In this document: positions 9,444 through 17,693 of the stretch, one piece after another | How the letters are laid out: the number at the start of each line of letters is the position of its first letter | Numbering within the stretch: the stretch's first letter is position 1 | DNA from: Ectothiorhodospiraceae bacterium | GTDB taxonomy: Bacteria > Pseudomonadota > Gammaproteobacteria > Thiohalomonadales > Thiohalomonadaceae | Length of the DNA: 30,659 nt | Assembly: GCA_041641735.1 (NCBI GenBank) | Contig: JBEPXU010000001.1 | Coordinates: 1-30,659, forward strand | Reading direction: 5' to 3' | Translations under genes and position numbers: made by a program | Notes under the pieces: model-generated | Told to the model about the DNA's origin: nothing | Database searches by the model: none | The model's input: the letters and a program-made list of their open reading frames with translations, nothing else

Positions 9444-11372
9444 ATGCATAACAATAAGCTTTTTCTTACCGCCATACTGGGCAGTATTTCAGCGGCTACC
9501 CTGGCCGCAGAAGAGACCATCGCACCCATCGTTGTCACCGCAACCAGACATGAAATGAGTGACACCGATGCCCCCTATGCCTCGGAGGTACACACCCGGG
9601 ATGATATTGCCCAATCGGGAGCCTCGGGCCTTTATGAATATCTCGATCGCCATAGCTCTCTGACAGCGATGCCAAGCTACGGCAATCCCTTCAGCCAAAA
9701 GCTCGATATGCGTGGATACGGTATCGGTAACGGCTACCAGAATATTGTCGTCACCATCGATGGCCAGCGCCTCAACAATGTCGACATGGTGCCGCAGTTA
9801 CTTGGCTCCATCCCGCTCTCCAGTGTAGAGCGTATCGAAATCACCAAGGGTAGCGGCTCGGTGCTCTATGGTGACGGAGCCACTGCCGGGGCCATTCACA
9901 TCCACACACGAAACAGGGACGGTGTTTCCGCCAGCATCAGTGCAGGCAATCACGGCGTGAACAGCACCTCCGTCTCTGCCGGACTTAACGAAGGGATCGC
10001 CGCCCTTAATATCCACGCCGAAAACTACCATCACGATGGTTTCAGCGATCCTGACATCAACGGTCAGCGTGACACCGCCAACAGCAATAACACCCGAGCA
10101 GAACTGAAGCTCTTCCCGAGCGATATTCTGGAACTGCGTCTGGGAGGCGGTCAGAGCCGAATCGATACCACCTACCGTGGCAGCCTCACCCAGGCACAGT
10201 TCGATAAGGATCCATCGCAAAACGGCGGCGCGACCTATAACGGCCAGACCTTCAAGGTGGATGCCCTGAAAACAGGCCTCACTGCAGACCTCAGTGAAAC
10301 GGTTAAACTGAATCTCGACCTGTACAGTGAAAATAAGCTTTCTGAATTCTCTTCGGGCTGGCTGTCCGATTATGAAAACCGTTCCGGCGACATGAGCCTT
10401 AACTATCGTAGCGGCGTGCTTAATATCACCGGCGGGCTGCAACAGTTTGACGGCAAGCGCCTAAGCAGCGACAACGAAACCAGCAAAACTAACCGAGCAG
10501 CATACATTCAGGGTGACTACGCATTCGGCGCCACGACCCTCTCACTTGGCGGCCGCCACGCCAAGGTCGACTACCGATACGATCCCATCTCCGGCTCCTC
10601 ACTCGATAAAACGCTCGACCTGAGCGCCTACGATATCGGTATCAGTCATCGTTATAACGAAGGCCTGAGCGTGTTTGCCAACTACAACACGGCCTTCCAG
10701 GCTCCGGATATCGACCGTTTCTTTACCACCGACTGGGTCACCATGACCACCAGCTTCAACGGCTTTATCGAACCGGCCAAGAGCCAGACACTCAATATCG
10801 GCCTTAACCGCGAACGCTCGGATAGCCGCATCAAGTTGACCGGTTTCTACAGCAAACTGACCAATGAGATCTACTACTATCAGACCGGTCCCTGGAGCGG
10901 GCTCAATACCAATATCGACAAGTCCCACAAATACGGTCTCGAGCTACAGGCACTGAAACAACTCAACCAACGATTCAGCACCTCACTCAACTACGCCTAT
11001 ACCCGCGCCATGATCGACAGTGAAGATAGCGCCTCCGGGGCCTACGACGGCAATGACCTGCCAGGTGTTTCGGCTCACACCGCGACCCTGTCACTCGACT
11101 ACCGGCCGGGAGAGCGCAGTAGAGTCCACTTCAGTCATACCTATCGCAGCGAGACCTATGCGGCAGAGGACTTTGGAAACGACTTCGAACAAAAACAGGC
11201 GGCCTATCACAGCACCGATGCAAGTTACCATTACAATCTGGGCAAGATGGAGTTGTTCGCCAAAGTGGAAAACCTCTTCGGCAGGGCCAACGGTTTGTGG
11301 ATCAACGACGATGCCATCTACCCGGTCAACTTCACCACCAACTGGCGTGTCGGCGTTAACGCCTCGTTCTAG
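9444..11372 (+). CDS. btuB: TonB-dependent outer-membrane receptor, probable corrinoid receptor
   Basis: Signal peptide, TonB-box-like APIVVTATR, plug motif VERIEITKGSGSVLYGDGATAGAIHI, beta-barrel-type alternation and terminal Phe. AGAGGA SD precedes ATG 9444. The substrate is inferred from the riboswitch. Confidence 0.85.
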   Translation: MHNNKLFLTAILGSISAATLAAEETIAPIVVTATRHEMSDTDAPYASEVHTRDDIAQSGASGLYEYLDRHSSLTAMPSYGNPFSQKLDMRGYGIGNGYQNIVVTIDGQRLNNVDMVPQLLGSIPLSSVERIEITKGSGSVLYGDGATAGAIHIHTRNRDGVSASISAGNHGVNSTSVSAGLNEGIAALNIHAENYHHDGFSDPDINGQRDTANSNNTRAELKLFPSDILELRLGGGQSRIDTTYRGSLTQAQFDKDPSQNGGATYNGQTFKVDALKTGLTADLSETVKLNLDLYSENKLSEFSSGWLSDYENRSGDMSLNYRSGVLNITGGLQQFDGKRLSSDNETSKTNRAAYIQGDYAFGATTLSLGGRHAKVDYRYDPISGSSLDKTLDLSAYDIGISHRYNEGLSVFANYNTAFQAPDIDRFFTTDWVTMTTSFNGFIEPAKSQTLNIGLNRERSDSRIKLTGFYSKLTNEIYYYQTGPWSGLNTNIDKSHKYGLELQALKQLNQRFSTSLNYAYTRAMIDSEDSASGAYDGNDLPGVSAHTATLSLDYRPGERSRVHFSHTYRSETYAAEDFGNDFEQKQAAYHSTDASYHYNLGKMELFAKVENLFGRANGLWINDDAIYPVNFTTNWRVGVNASF

Positions 11373-11378
11373 GGATTG

Positions 11379-12086
11379 ATGATGCTGACCGCACCCCGGC
11401 TCAATCCACCACCCCAGCACTTTGGTCTGGGGTGGTTTGTGCTGGTATCACTGGCACTGCACGGGGCGCTACTCGGGCTCTGGCCAGAGGTGCGGTCAAT
11501 ACAGTTTGGCGAAACAATGGCTCCTGCCGACACCCTCACCCTGAACGCTGTCATCAGCCAGCCGCCCGCAGCAACCGAGCAGGCAGCCGTATCTCCTCAG
11601 ACAACAAACGATCATCCGTCACCCACCACCGACAGGCCTCGAATACAACCATCGCCAGCAGCACTAACGCAACCGATAGCTATCGCGGCTAGAAACGACC
11701 CCACTGAGCGCCGTTCGAAGCCGTCGCAACAGGAACCACCTGCCCCGAAGAAAACGCCTCCACAGCAGGCAACCTCAGTCACTGGTGCAGAGGTACGACA
11801 CCGGCTCCTCGGACGAATCCGGCTAGCCCTGGCCGATCATTTCCACTACCCAATGCAGGCAAGGCGCCTTGGCTGGCAGGGAACCGTTCTACTCGGTTTT
11901 CGTATCACTCCGGATCGTCGTATTGAGGCGATCAGGGTTAAACAAAGTTCGGGCTACCGTCTTCTCGATGAGGCTGCTGTCGAGGCACTTGGTAAAGTAA
12001 GACAGCTGCCATCGAGCGAAGAGTTACAGCTTGCCTCGGCACATGACCTTAGCCTGCCCGTTCTCTATCACATCAAGGAGCGCTAG
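11379..12086 (+). CDS. tonB: Energy transducer TonB
   Basis: N-terminal TM helix with S-x3-H (VSLALHG), Pro-rich linker, and TonB C-terminal domain (YPMQARRLGWQGTVLL...SSGYRLLDEAAVEA). Confidence 0.9.
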   Translation: MMLTAPRLNPPPQHFGLGWFVLVSLALHGALLGLWPEVRSIQFGETMAPADTLTLNAVISQPPAATEQAAVSPQTTNDHPSPTTDRPRIQPSPAALTQPIAIAARNDPTERRSKPSQQEPPAPKKTPPQQATSVTGAEVRHRLLGRIRLALADHFHYPMQARRLGWQGTVLLGFRITPDRRIEAIRVKQSSGYRLLDEAAVEALGKVRQLPSSEELQLASAHDLSLPVLYHIKER

Positions 12087-12089
12087 TTT

Positions 12090-12644
12090 ATGGGACACCG
12101 ACTCTCCAAGATCTACACCCGAACCGGCGATACCGGCACCACCGGACTGGGTGATGGCAGCCGGGTGGAAAAGGATCACATCCGTGTCGAAGCTTTCGGT
12201 TGTGTGGACGAACTGAACAGCGCCATCGGCGTAGTACGCGCGGGGTCCCTGCCCGAAGGGATGGATGAAGTACTCAGTAGCATTCAACACCGCCTGTTCG
12301 ACCTCGGTGGCGAACTCTCGGTCCCCGGTTACAACGTGATAGAACCAAACGACATCGATGCGCTGGAGATACAGCTCGACCGCTACAACGACACCCTGCC
12401 GATGCTCAAGGAATTCATTATCCCTGCAGGCGGACGCACCACATCACAGTGTCATCTTGCCCGTACGATCTGTCGTCGTTCCGAGCGTCGTGTGTATACC
12501 CTATCCAAAAGCGAGAGTATCAATCCACATGCCGTTGCCTACCTCAATCGCCTTTCGGATCTGCTTTTCGTCATGGCAAGGGTATTGGCGCGATTTGAAA
12601 ACGGTACCGAAGTATTGTGGCAGCCAAAACCAAAACCCGAGTAG
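12090..12644 (+). CDS. ATP:cob(I)alamin adenosyltransferase, PduO type
   Basis: KIYTRTGDTGTTGL, VEAFGCVDELNSAIG, RTICRRSERR and YLNRLSDLLF. Confidence 0.93.
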   Translation: MGHRLSKIYTRTGDTGTTGLGDGSRVEKDHIRVEAFGCVDELNSAIGVVRAGSLPEGMDEVLSSIQHRLFDLGGELSVPGYNVIEPNDIDALEIQLDRYNDTLPMLKEFIIPAGGRTTSQCHLARTICRRSERRVYTLSKSESINPHAVAYLNRLSDLLFVMARVLARFENGTEVLWQPKPKPE

Positions 12645-12648
12645 TACC

Positions 12649-13476
12649 GTGAAACACTCTCGTCTTCCTCAATTCACTGCTCTGCTTTGCCTGCTTCTCC
12701 TTAGCCTTATCGTCGGAGGAGTGCAGGCTAAAGAGGCCTGCCCACGTATCGTGAGCCAGTCCCCCTACATCACTAAATCCCTTCAATGGCTGAGGCTGGA
12801 GTCGTGTATCGTTGGCGTCAGCCGCTATGACAATCTTGATCGTCCTCATACCGGTGGCGTACTTGATCCGGATGCCGACCTTATCGCGGTACTGAAACCT
12901 GATTTGCTATTCACTTCGGACTGGACCGATGCAAATACGCTCGCCAGCGTGACGCCGGAGGGAACACGCAGCTATCGCCTGCACGGCTTTGGCAGTATGG
13001 ATGAGGTTGAGGAGAATCTTCGCATCATTGGCAAAGCCAGCGGCATTGGTGATGTTGAGCAGCGTATCAGCCGGTTCCACGATAACTGGCAAACAGCAGC
13101 AGCGGCACTCCACGGCAACGGAAAACGCGTACTTTTAATTTCCTCCTGCTCCGGCATGCCCTACTCCTTCGGGAAGGAGCGCTGGCTATCCGATCTGTTT
13201 ACCCGGGCCGGTTTCGTTAATGTCGAAACCGAACCGAAGATTCGCCACATCCGTCCCGGCGAGACCATTGCTACCCTTAACAAGCTGGTTGATGAACTGA
13301 AGCCGGAGCTGTTATTCATCTTCGAACAGACCCGCCATAAACAGTGCAACTTCATTGCGCCGAGAACACCCTTGACGATTATTAACCTTGATGGCGAAAG
13401 TTTCCTTAATCCGGCCCCTGTTATCTTGCATGGACTCACGGAACTAAAACAACACCGCAAAGAGTGGGAGGAGTGA
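12649..13476 (+). CDS. Periplasmic helical-backbone substrate-binding protein, divergent BtuF-like
   Basis: GTG start 4 nt after the pduO stop, then a signal peptide. RIVSQSP, IVGVSRY, GGVLDPDADLIAVLKPDLLF and ELKPELLF are typical of the TroA/BtuF/FhuD fold. The upstream part of the listed ORF (12358-12648) overlaps pduO and is not used. Confidence 0.75.
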   Translation: MKHSRLPQFTALLCLLLLSLIVGGVQAKEACPRIVSQSPYITKSLQWLRLESCIVGVSRYDNLDRPHTGGVLDPDADLIAVLKPDLLFTSDWTDANTLASVTPEGTRSYRLHGFGSMDEVEENLRIIGKASGIGDVEQRISRFHDNWQTAAAALHGNGKRVLLISSCSGMPYSFGKERWLSDLFTRAGFVNVETEPKIRHIRPGETIATLNKLVDELKPELLFIFEQTRHKQCNFIAPRTPLTIINLDGESFLNPAPVILHGLTELKQHRKEWEE

Positions 13477-14078
13477 TGGAGCAAGATAAAAACCGTCGCC
13501 ACACAGAACGCATGCAGCGTAAGAAGGCAGTAATAGATGAACGTATCTCCAGCGCAGCCGATGAAAAGGGTCTGCTGATTGTCAACACCGGTAACGGCAA
13601 GGGCAAAAGCAGTGCCGCTTTTGGCGTAGCGATTCGCGCTCTGGGACATGGAAAGCGTGTTGTCATCGTACAGTTCATCAAGGGACGAGACACCACCGGC
13701 GAAGAGGCCTTCTTCAAACACCTTTCTGATGTGCCATTTCACGTGACTGGAGACGGCTTCACCTGGGATACGCAAAACCGCGAGCAGGACGAGGCTACAG
13801 CGGCAAAGGGTTGGGAGATTGCACGAGGATATTTATCCGATCCGGGGATTGACCTGCTGATACTCGACGAGCTCAATATCGTGCTCAAATATCACTACCT
13901 GCCGCTGGAGCAGGTAATGAACGACCTGGCTAAGCGCCCACTAATGCAACATGTGATTGTGACCGGACGCTGGGCGCCAGAAGCGTTAATCGAGCTTGCT
14001 GACACTGTCACGGAGATGCGTGAGGTTAAACACGCCTTCAAATCCGGCATCAAGGCCATGCCCGGCATCGAATTCTAA
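13476..14078 (+). CDS. cobO: Cob(I)yrinic acid a,c-diamide adenosyltransferase, CobO/BtuR/CobA type
   Basis: TGNGKGKSSAAFG P-loop, QFIKG, LDELN, TGR, ADTVTEM, KHAF..GI and GIEF. TGATG overlap with the upstream gene. Confidence 0.95.
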   Translation: MEQDKNRRHTERMQRKKAVIDERISSAADEKGLLIVNTGNGKGKSSAAFGVAIRALGHGKRVVIVQFIKGRDTTGEEAFFKHLSDVPFHVTGDGFTWDTQNREQDEATAAKGWEIARGYLSDPGIDLLILDELNIVLKYHYLPLEQVMNDLAKRPLMQHVIVTGRWAPEALIELADTVTEMREVKHAFKSGIKAMPGIEF

Positions 14079-14092
14079 AAACCGGGAAAAAC

Positions 14093-14130
14093 CAACGGTG
14101 TCATTGCCGTTCCTGGTCATGACACCGTTG
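14093..14130 (-). terminator. Intrinsic terminator hairpin between convergent cobO and trpB
   Basis: Perfect 12-bp stem CAACGGTGTCAT/ATGACACCGTTG with a 14-nt loop. On the minus strand it is followed by GTTTTT, so it best fits trpB. It may also act in the other direction. Confidence 0.65.
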
Positions 14131-14138
14131 TAGTCCGG

Positions 14139-15359
14139 TTAAAGGTTATTCATCACCCCGTACTGGCTTCCGTAGTTCTCGGCAACAAAATCGATATCCT
14201 TGTCGCCACGGCCGGAGAGGTTGATGAGGATAGTGCCCTTCTCCCCCCCTTTGGCCATACGAATAGCATGTGCCACCGCGTGGGACGACTCGATGGCCGG
14301 GATGATGCCCTCCTGACGGGAGAGATCGAAGAAGGCGTCGATCGCATCGGCATCATTGATATGGCTGTACTCAACACGCCCCAGATCCTTGAGGTAGCTA
14401 TGCTGGGGGCCGACCGAGGGATAGTCCAGACCGCTAGCTACCGAGTAGACCTCCATCGGCTCGCCCTGCTCATCCTGCAGCATGTAAGACTTGAAACCGT
14501 GCATCACACCGGGCTGACCCTTGGTGATGGTGGCGGCATGCTCACCGTCATCCAGGCTGCGGCCGGAGGGTTCGACACCGTGCAGTTTTACCTCCTTATC
14601 CTCGAGGAAGGCAGTGAAGATCCCCATGGCGTTTGACCCGCCGCCAACGCAGGCGACGATATTATCAGGCATGCCGCCGGTCATCTCCTTGAACTGCTCT
14701 TTCGCCTCGTTGCCGACGATGGACTGGAAGTCGCGCACCATCATCGGGAAGGGATGAGGACCGACCACCGAGCCGATAGCATAGAACTGGGTCACCGGGT
14801 CCTTCACATAACCCTCGAAGGCCGCGTCCACCGCTTCTTTCAGTGTTTTGCGACCATGAGTGGCGGGGATGACGTTCGCCCCCAGGATCTGCATGCGCAC
14901 CACGTTCGGGTGCTCCTTTGCGATATCCACCTCGCCCATGTAGATATCGCACTCCAGACCCACCAGGGCGGCGGCGGTGGCCAGTGCCACGCCGTGCTGG
15001 CCGGCACCGGTCTCGGCGATGAGCTTCTTCTTGCCCATCTTCTTTGCCAGCAGCGCCTCACCCAGGCAGTGATTGATCTTGTGCGCACCGGTGTGATTCA
15101 GGTCCTCACGCTTAAGATAAATGTCTGTGCCATACTTGGCCGAGAGGTTCTTGGCGTGAAAAATAGGGCTGGGGCGTCCTACATAGTGTCTGTAGAGGTC
15201 TGCCAGCTCTTCGGTAAAGGCCGGGTCTTTGCGAATGTCGAGATAGGCTGCGGTGATTTCGTCCATAATCGTCTGCAGCTGCTCAGGGATAAAGCTGCCG
15301 CCGTACTCGCCAAAGTAGCCCTGCTCGTTGGGAAGTGCATGGTCAAAAGTATTTTTCAT
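14139..15359 (-). CDS. trpB: Tryptophan synthase beta chain, stand-alone copy (no adjacent trpA)
   Basis: 406 aa. PLP-Lys motif [38 protein letters not shown] and NLSGRGDKD are all intact. Confidence 0.95.
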   Translation of the reverse strand: MKNTFDHALPNEQGYFGEYGGSFIPEQLQTIMDEITAAYLDIRKDPAFTEELADLYRHYVGRPSPIFHAKNLSAKYGTDIYLKREDLNHTGAHKINHCLGEALLAKKMGKKKLIAETGAGQHGVALATAAALVGLECDIYMGEVDIAKEHPNVVRMQILGANVIPATHGRKTLKEAVDAAFEGYVKDPVTQFYAIGSVVGPHPFPMMVRDFQSIVGNEAKEQFKEMTGGMPDNIVACVGGGSNAMGIFTAFLEDKEVKLHGVEPSGRSLDDGEHAATITKGQPGVMHGFKSYMLQDEQGEPMEVYSVASGLDYPSVGPQHSYLKDLGRVEYSHINDADAIDAFFDLSRQEGIIPAIESSHAVAHAIRMAKGGEKGTILINLSGRGDKDIDFVAENYGSQYGVMNNL

Positions 15360-15574
15360 CGTTGCGCTCTCATACGTTTCTTATCAATATTCGGAGCGGC
15401 CGGGACAGCCGATCCCCCCTGAGAAAGCGTGCGCAGGCACGCACGATTAGCCCCTAACCCTACGCCATTTGTCGCGTGAATTGAATATATCGGACCGGGC
15501 ACCATATCAAGGGCTGGTTTTGAGTCTCTGTCCGGTTACGGGCGATAATCCACTCTTTTACAGTGAGAACAACC

Positions 15575-15895
15575 ATGAACACCTTTGCCGAGACCCTGAA
15601 GACACTGCCTGCTATCGACAACATCGCGGCCATAACCCTTTACAGCGGCGAAAGCGATGCCCCCGATGATATTATTGAGAACAAGCCCGGCAAGGCCGGC
15701 TCTATCGCGGTCTACCATGCACTACTAAAGGAGTTTGGTACACTGAACGAAGCGGCTGCGAGAAAGGGACTGGAACTCTATGCCGAGCACGTCGCCGATG
15801 CCGAGGCCAACCCCGGTAAGCACCCGAACATCGACCGGCTGTTCTACATCATCGAAGCGCAGTCTGAAATGCGAATGGAAGTCACCACTCAATGA
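15575..15895 (+). CDS. Small conserved protein, DUF2322-like
   Basis: 106 aa from ATG 15575. IENKPGKAGS..VY and AARKGLELYAEHVADAEANPGKHPNIDRL match my recollection of DUF2322; not verified by a search. Confidence 0.75.
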   Translation: MNTFAETLKTLPAIDNIAAITLYSGESDAPDDIIENKPGKAGSIAVYHALLKEFGTLNEAAARKGLELYAEHVADAEANPGKHPNIDRLFYIIEAQSEMRMEVTTQ

Positions 15896-15903
15896 CAAAA
15901 TAC

Positions 15904-16029
15904 TCACCGCAAATGCGCAGAGGTCGCAAAGGGAATGATTCACTGATGCGACGGGTAACACTCCATTATCATCAGATGGATACCTGACTCTTCATAAATC
16001 TCTTTGCGCACTTCGCGACTTTGCGGTGA
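15904..16029. repeat. 126-bp REP/MITE-like element with 31-bp imperfect terminal inverted repeats built from CGCAAAG-like units
   Basis: Left arm TCACCGCAAATGCGCAGAGGTCGCAAAGGGA (15904-15934). Reverse complement of the right arm (15999-16029) is TCACCGCAAAGTCGCGAAGTGCGCAAAGAGA. 24 of 31 positions match with no gaps. Confidence 0.75.
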
Positions 16030-16052
16030 ACAATTAAAAATGAGGTAGAAAC

Positions 16053-16826
16053 ATGAACGATCCCATCGTCGTCATCGGCACCGGCGAGATGTCCGGCGTC
16101 TTTACCCGCGGTTTTCTCAAGCTGGGCTACCCGGTGTTCCCGGTCAATCGCGGTACCGATATGGAGAAGGTGGCCAGGGCCCTCACCACCCCGGCGCTGG
16201 TCCTGGTCGCCGTCGGCGAAGCCGACCTACACCCTGTGTTGGATAAAATTCCCGCCGAATGGGAAGACTGCCTGGCCCTGCTGCAGAACGAACTGCTGCC
16301 GCGCGACTGGGAGGCACACAACCTGCAGGAACCTACCGTGATCTCGGTCTGGTTCGAAAAGAAGAAGGGACAAGACTACAAGGTCGTGGTTCCCTCACCC
16401 ACCTATGGCGTCGGTGCACCGATCCTGGAGAAGGCTCTCGCCAGTCTCGACATTCCCACCTGGGAAGTCGGCAGTCACGACGAAATCGCCTACGAACTGG
16501 TACGCAAGAACGTCTACATCCTCACCACCAACATCACAGGTCTGGAGTTGCCAGCGGGCACAGACGTCGATGTGATGTGGAACCAGCATCAGGAGCTTGC
16601 CCGCGAGATCGCCGGCGAGGTAATGGACATTCAGGACTGGCTCACTGGCAAACAGTGGGGTCGTGAAAAACTTATCGATGGCATGGTCGAGGCCATTCAG
16701 GGAGACCTCCAGCACAAGTGCATGGGGCGCTCCGCGCCGGCGCGGTTAAAGCGGAATCTTGGCTTTGCTGATGAGGCAGGACTTGCTGTGCCGAAGCTAC
16801 GTGATATAGCGGCGAAGCTGGATTGA
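16053..16826 (+). CDS. Uncharacterised Rossmann-fold protein resembling a divergent ketopantoate reductase (PanE/ApbA-like)
   Basis: GAGG SD before the ATG. N-terminal IVVIGTGEMSG (dinucleotide-binding type), LLQN, and RKNVYILTTN (K-x7-N, as in the PanE Lys176...Asn184 helix). The CDS is well supported; the function is inferred. Confidence 0.7.
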   Translation: MNDPIVVIGTGEMSGVFTRGFLKLGYPVFPVNRGTDMEKVARALTTPALVLVAVGEADLHPVLDKIPAEWEDCLALLQNELLPRDWEAHNLQEPTVISVWFEKKKGQDYKVVVPSPTYGVGAPILEKALASLDIPTWEVGSHDEIAYELVRKNVYILTTNITGLELPAGTDVDVMWNQHQELAREIAGEVMDIQDWLTGKQWGREKLIDGMVEAIQGDLQHKCMGRSAPARLKRNLGFADEAGLAVPKLRDIAAKLD

Positions 16827-16979
16827 GAAAGCTTCAAACCAAAACAGGCGGCTAATCTTACTGTCAGAGATGTCAGACACCAGGGAACAGTAAAAGCAAC
16901 ACCTGACAACCGATTATCCGATAACGTATCGGTAATAATCCATTGAGCTTTTTGTCTACTATTATTGTTTCACCTATAT

Positions 16980-17546
16980 ATGACAAGACAGTCCCGATAT
17001 ATCTCTCCAGCCATTCATCGACACTATGGCTACCTGGTCATCATCATCGAGATTTTTTTGAGGGTGAAACGGTTCTTGTGCTGGGGGTATCGCCGCCAGG
17101 CTGGGAAACCTGCAGCTCCCGGGAGTCATTGTCAGTGCCTTTGCCGGCAGTCTGCCGGGAGACCAGTTACTGTTTCAGTTGGGAAGATTTCGCGGCAAGG
17201 TGATACTGCGGCATTTTCCTGCATGAAAAAAAACGAAGTGAAAGCGTACTTTCGCGGCTGGAAAAACACCGACTACCTATTGCCCTGGGATTTCGTTTTG
17301 TTTACGGCATGCGCACGATAACGCCATTTGTGCTCGGTATGACTCGCGCCCCGTTTCTTGAATTTCTGCTGTTGAATACGCTAAGTGCCGCGGCATGGGC
17401 CACGCTGATCGACTCCCTGGGTTTCGTCTTCGGTCACGGACTGGAGCTGATGCTCAGCATATCCGCCATTATGACGTACGGTCTTTGCACTGGTGATATT
17501 GGCCGGCTTTCTGGCCTGGCTGATGCATCATATCCGTCGCTACTAA
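16980..17546 (+). pseudogene. DedA-family membrane protein pseudogene with multiple frameshifts and a premature stop
   Basis: Reconstructed across frames: HYGYLVIII..F-EGETVLVLGG-IAARLGNL...GDQLLFQLGRFRG...FPA*KKR...LEKH...LGFRFVYGMRTITPFVLG...LNTLSAAAWA...LAWLMHHIRRY*. Lesions lie near 17020, 17053-59 (T run), 17083-87 (G run), 17224 (TGA), 17226-33 (A run), about 17458 and about 17480. Confidence 0.85.
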
Positions 17547-17693
17547 GGCAACCATTTCAACATGGCGTGATCATTGTGAGGAACGCAGTGGCGAAGCAAT
17601 AACAATACACTTTAAAAGTGCTTTGTGCAGTTATCGAAAGAGAAACACTTCCAAGTGCCGAGTCATCCGTAACTCACGATTTTCGAAGTAGAT

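Noticed and set aside
14754-15422. 222-aa plus-strand ORF opposite trpB
   Set aside because: Antisense shadow with no protein-family features.
15360-15574. Classical Trp attenuator leader peptide for trpB
   Set aside because: No short minus-strand ORF with tandem TGG codons was found.
16861-16878. TGTCAGA direct repeat as a Pho box
   Set aside because: The repeat pitch is 9 nt rather than 11, and the half-site ends in G rather than T or C.
17224-17226. In-frame TGA in dedA as selenocysteine or readthrough
   Set aside because: The position fits a Trp codon mutated to a stop, and several independent frameshifts surround it.
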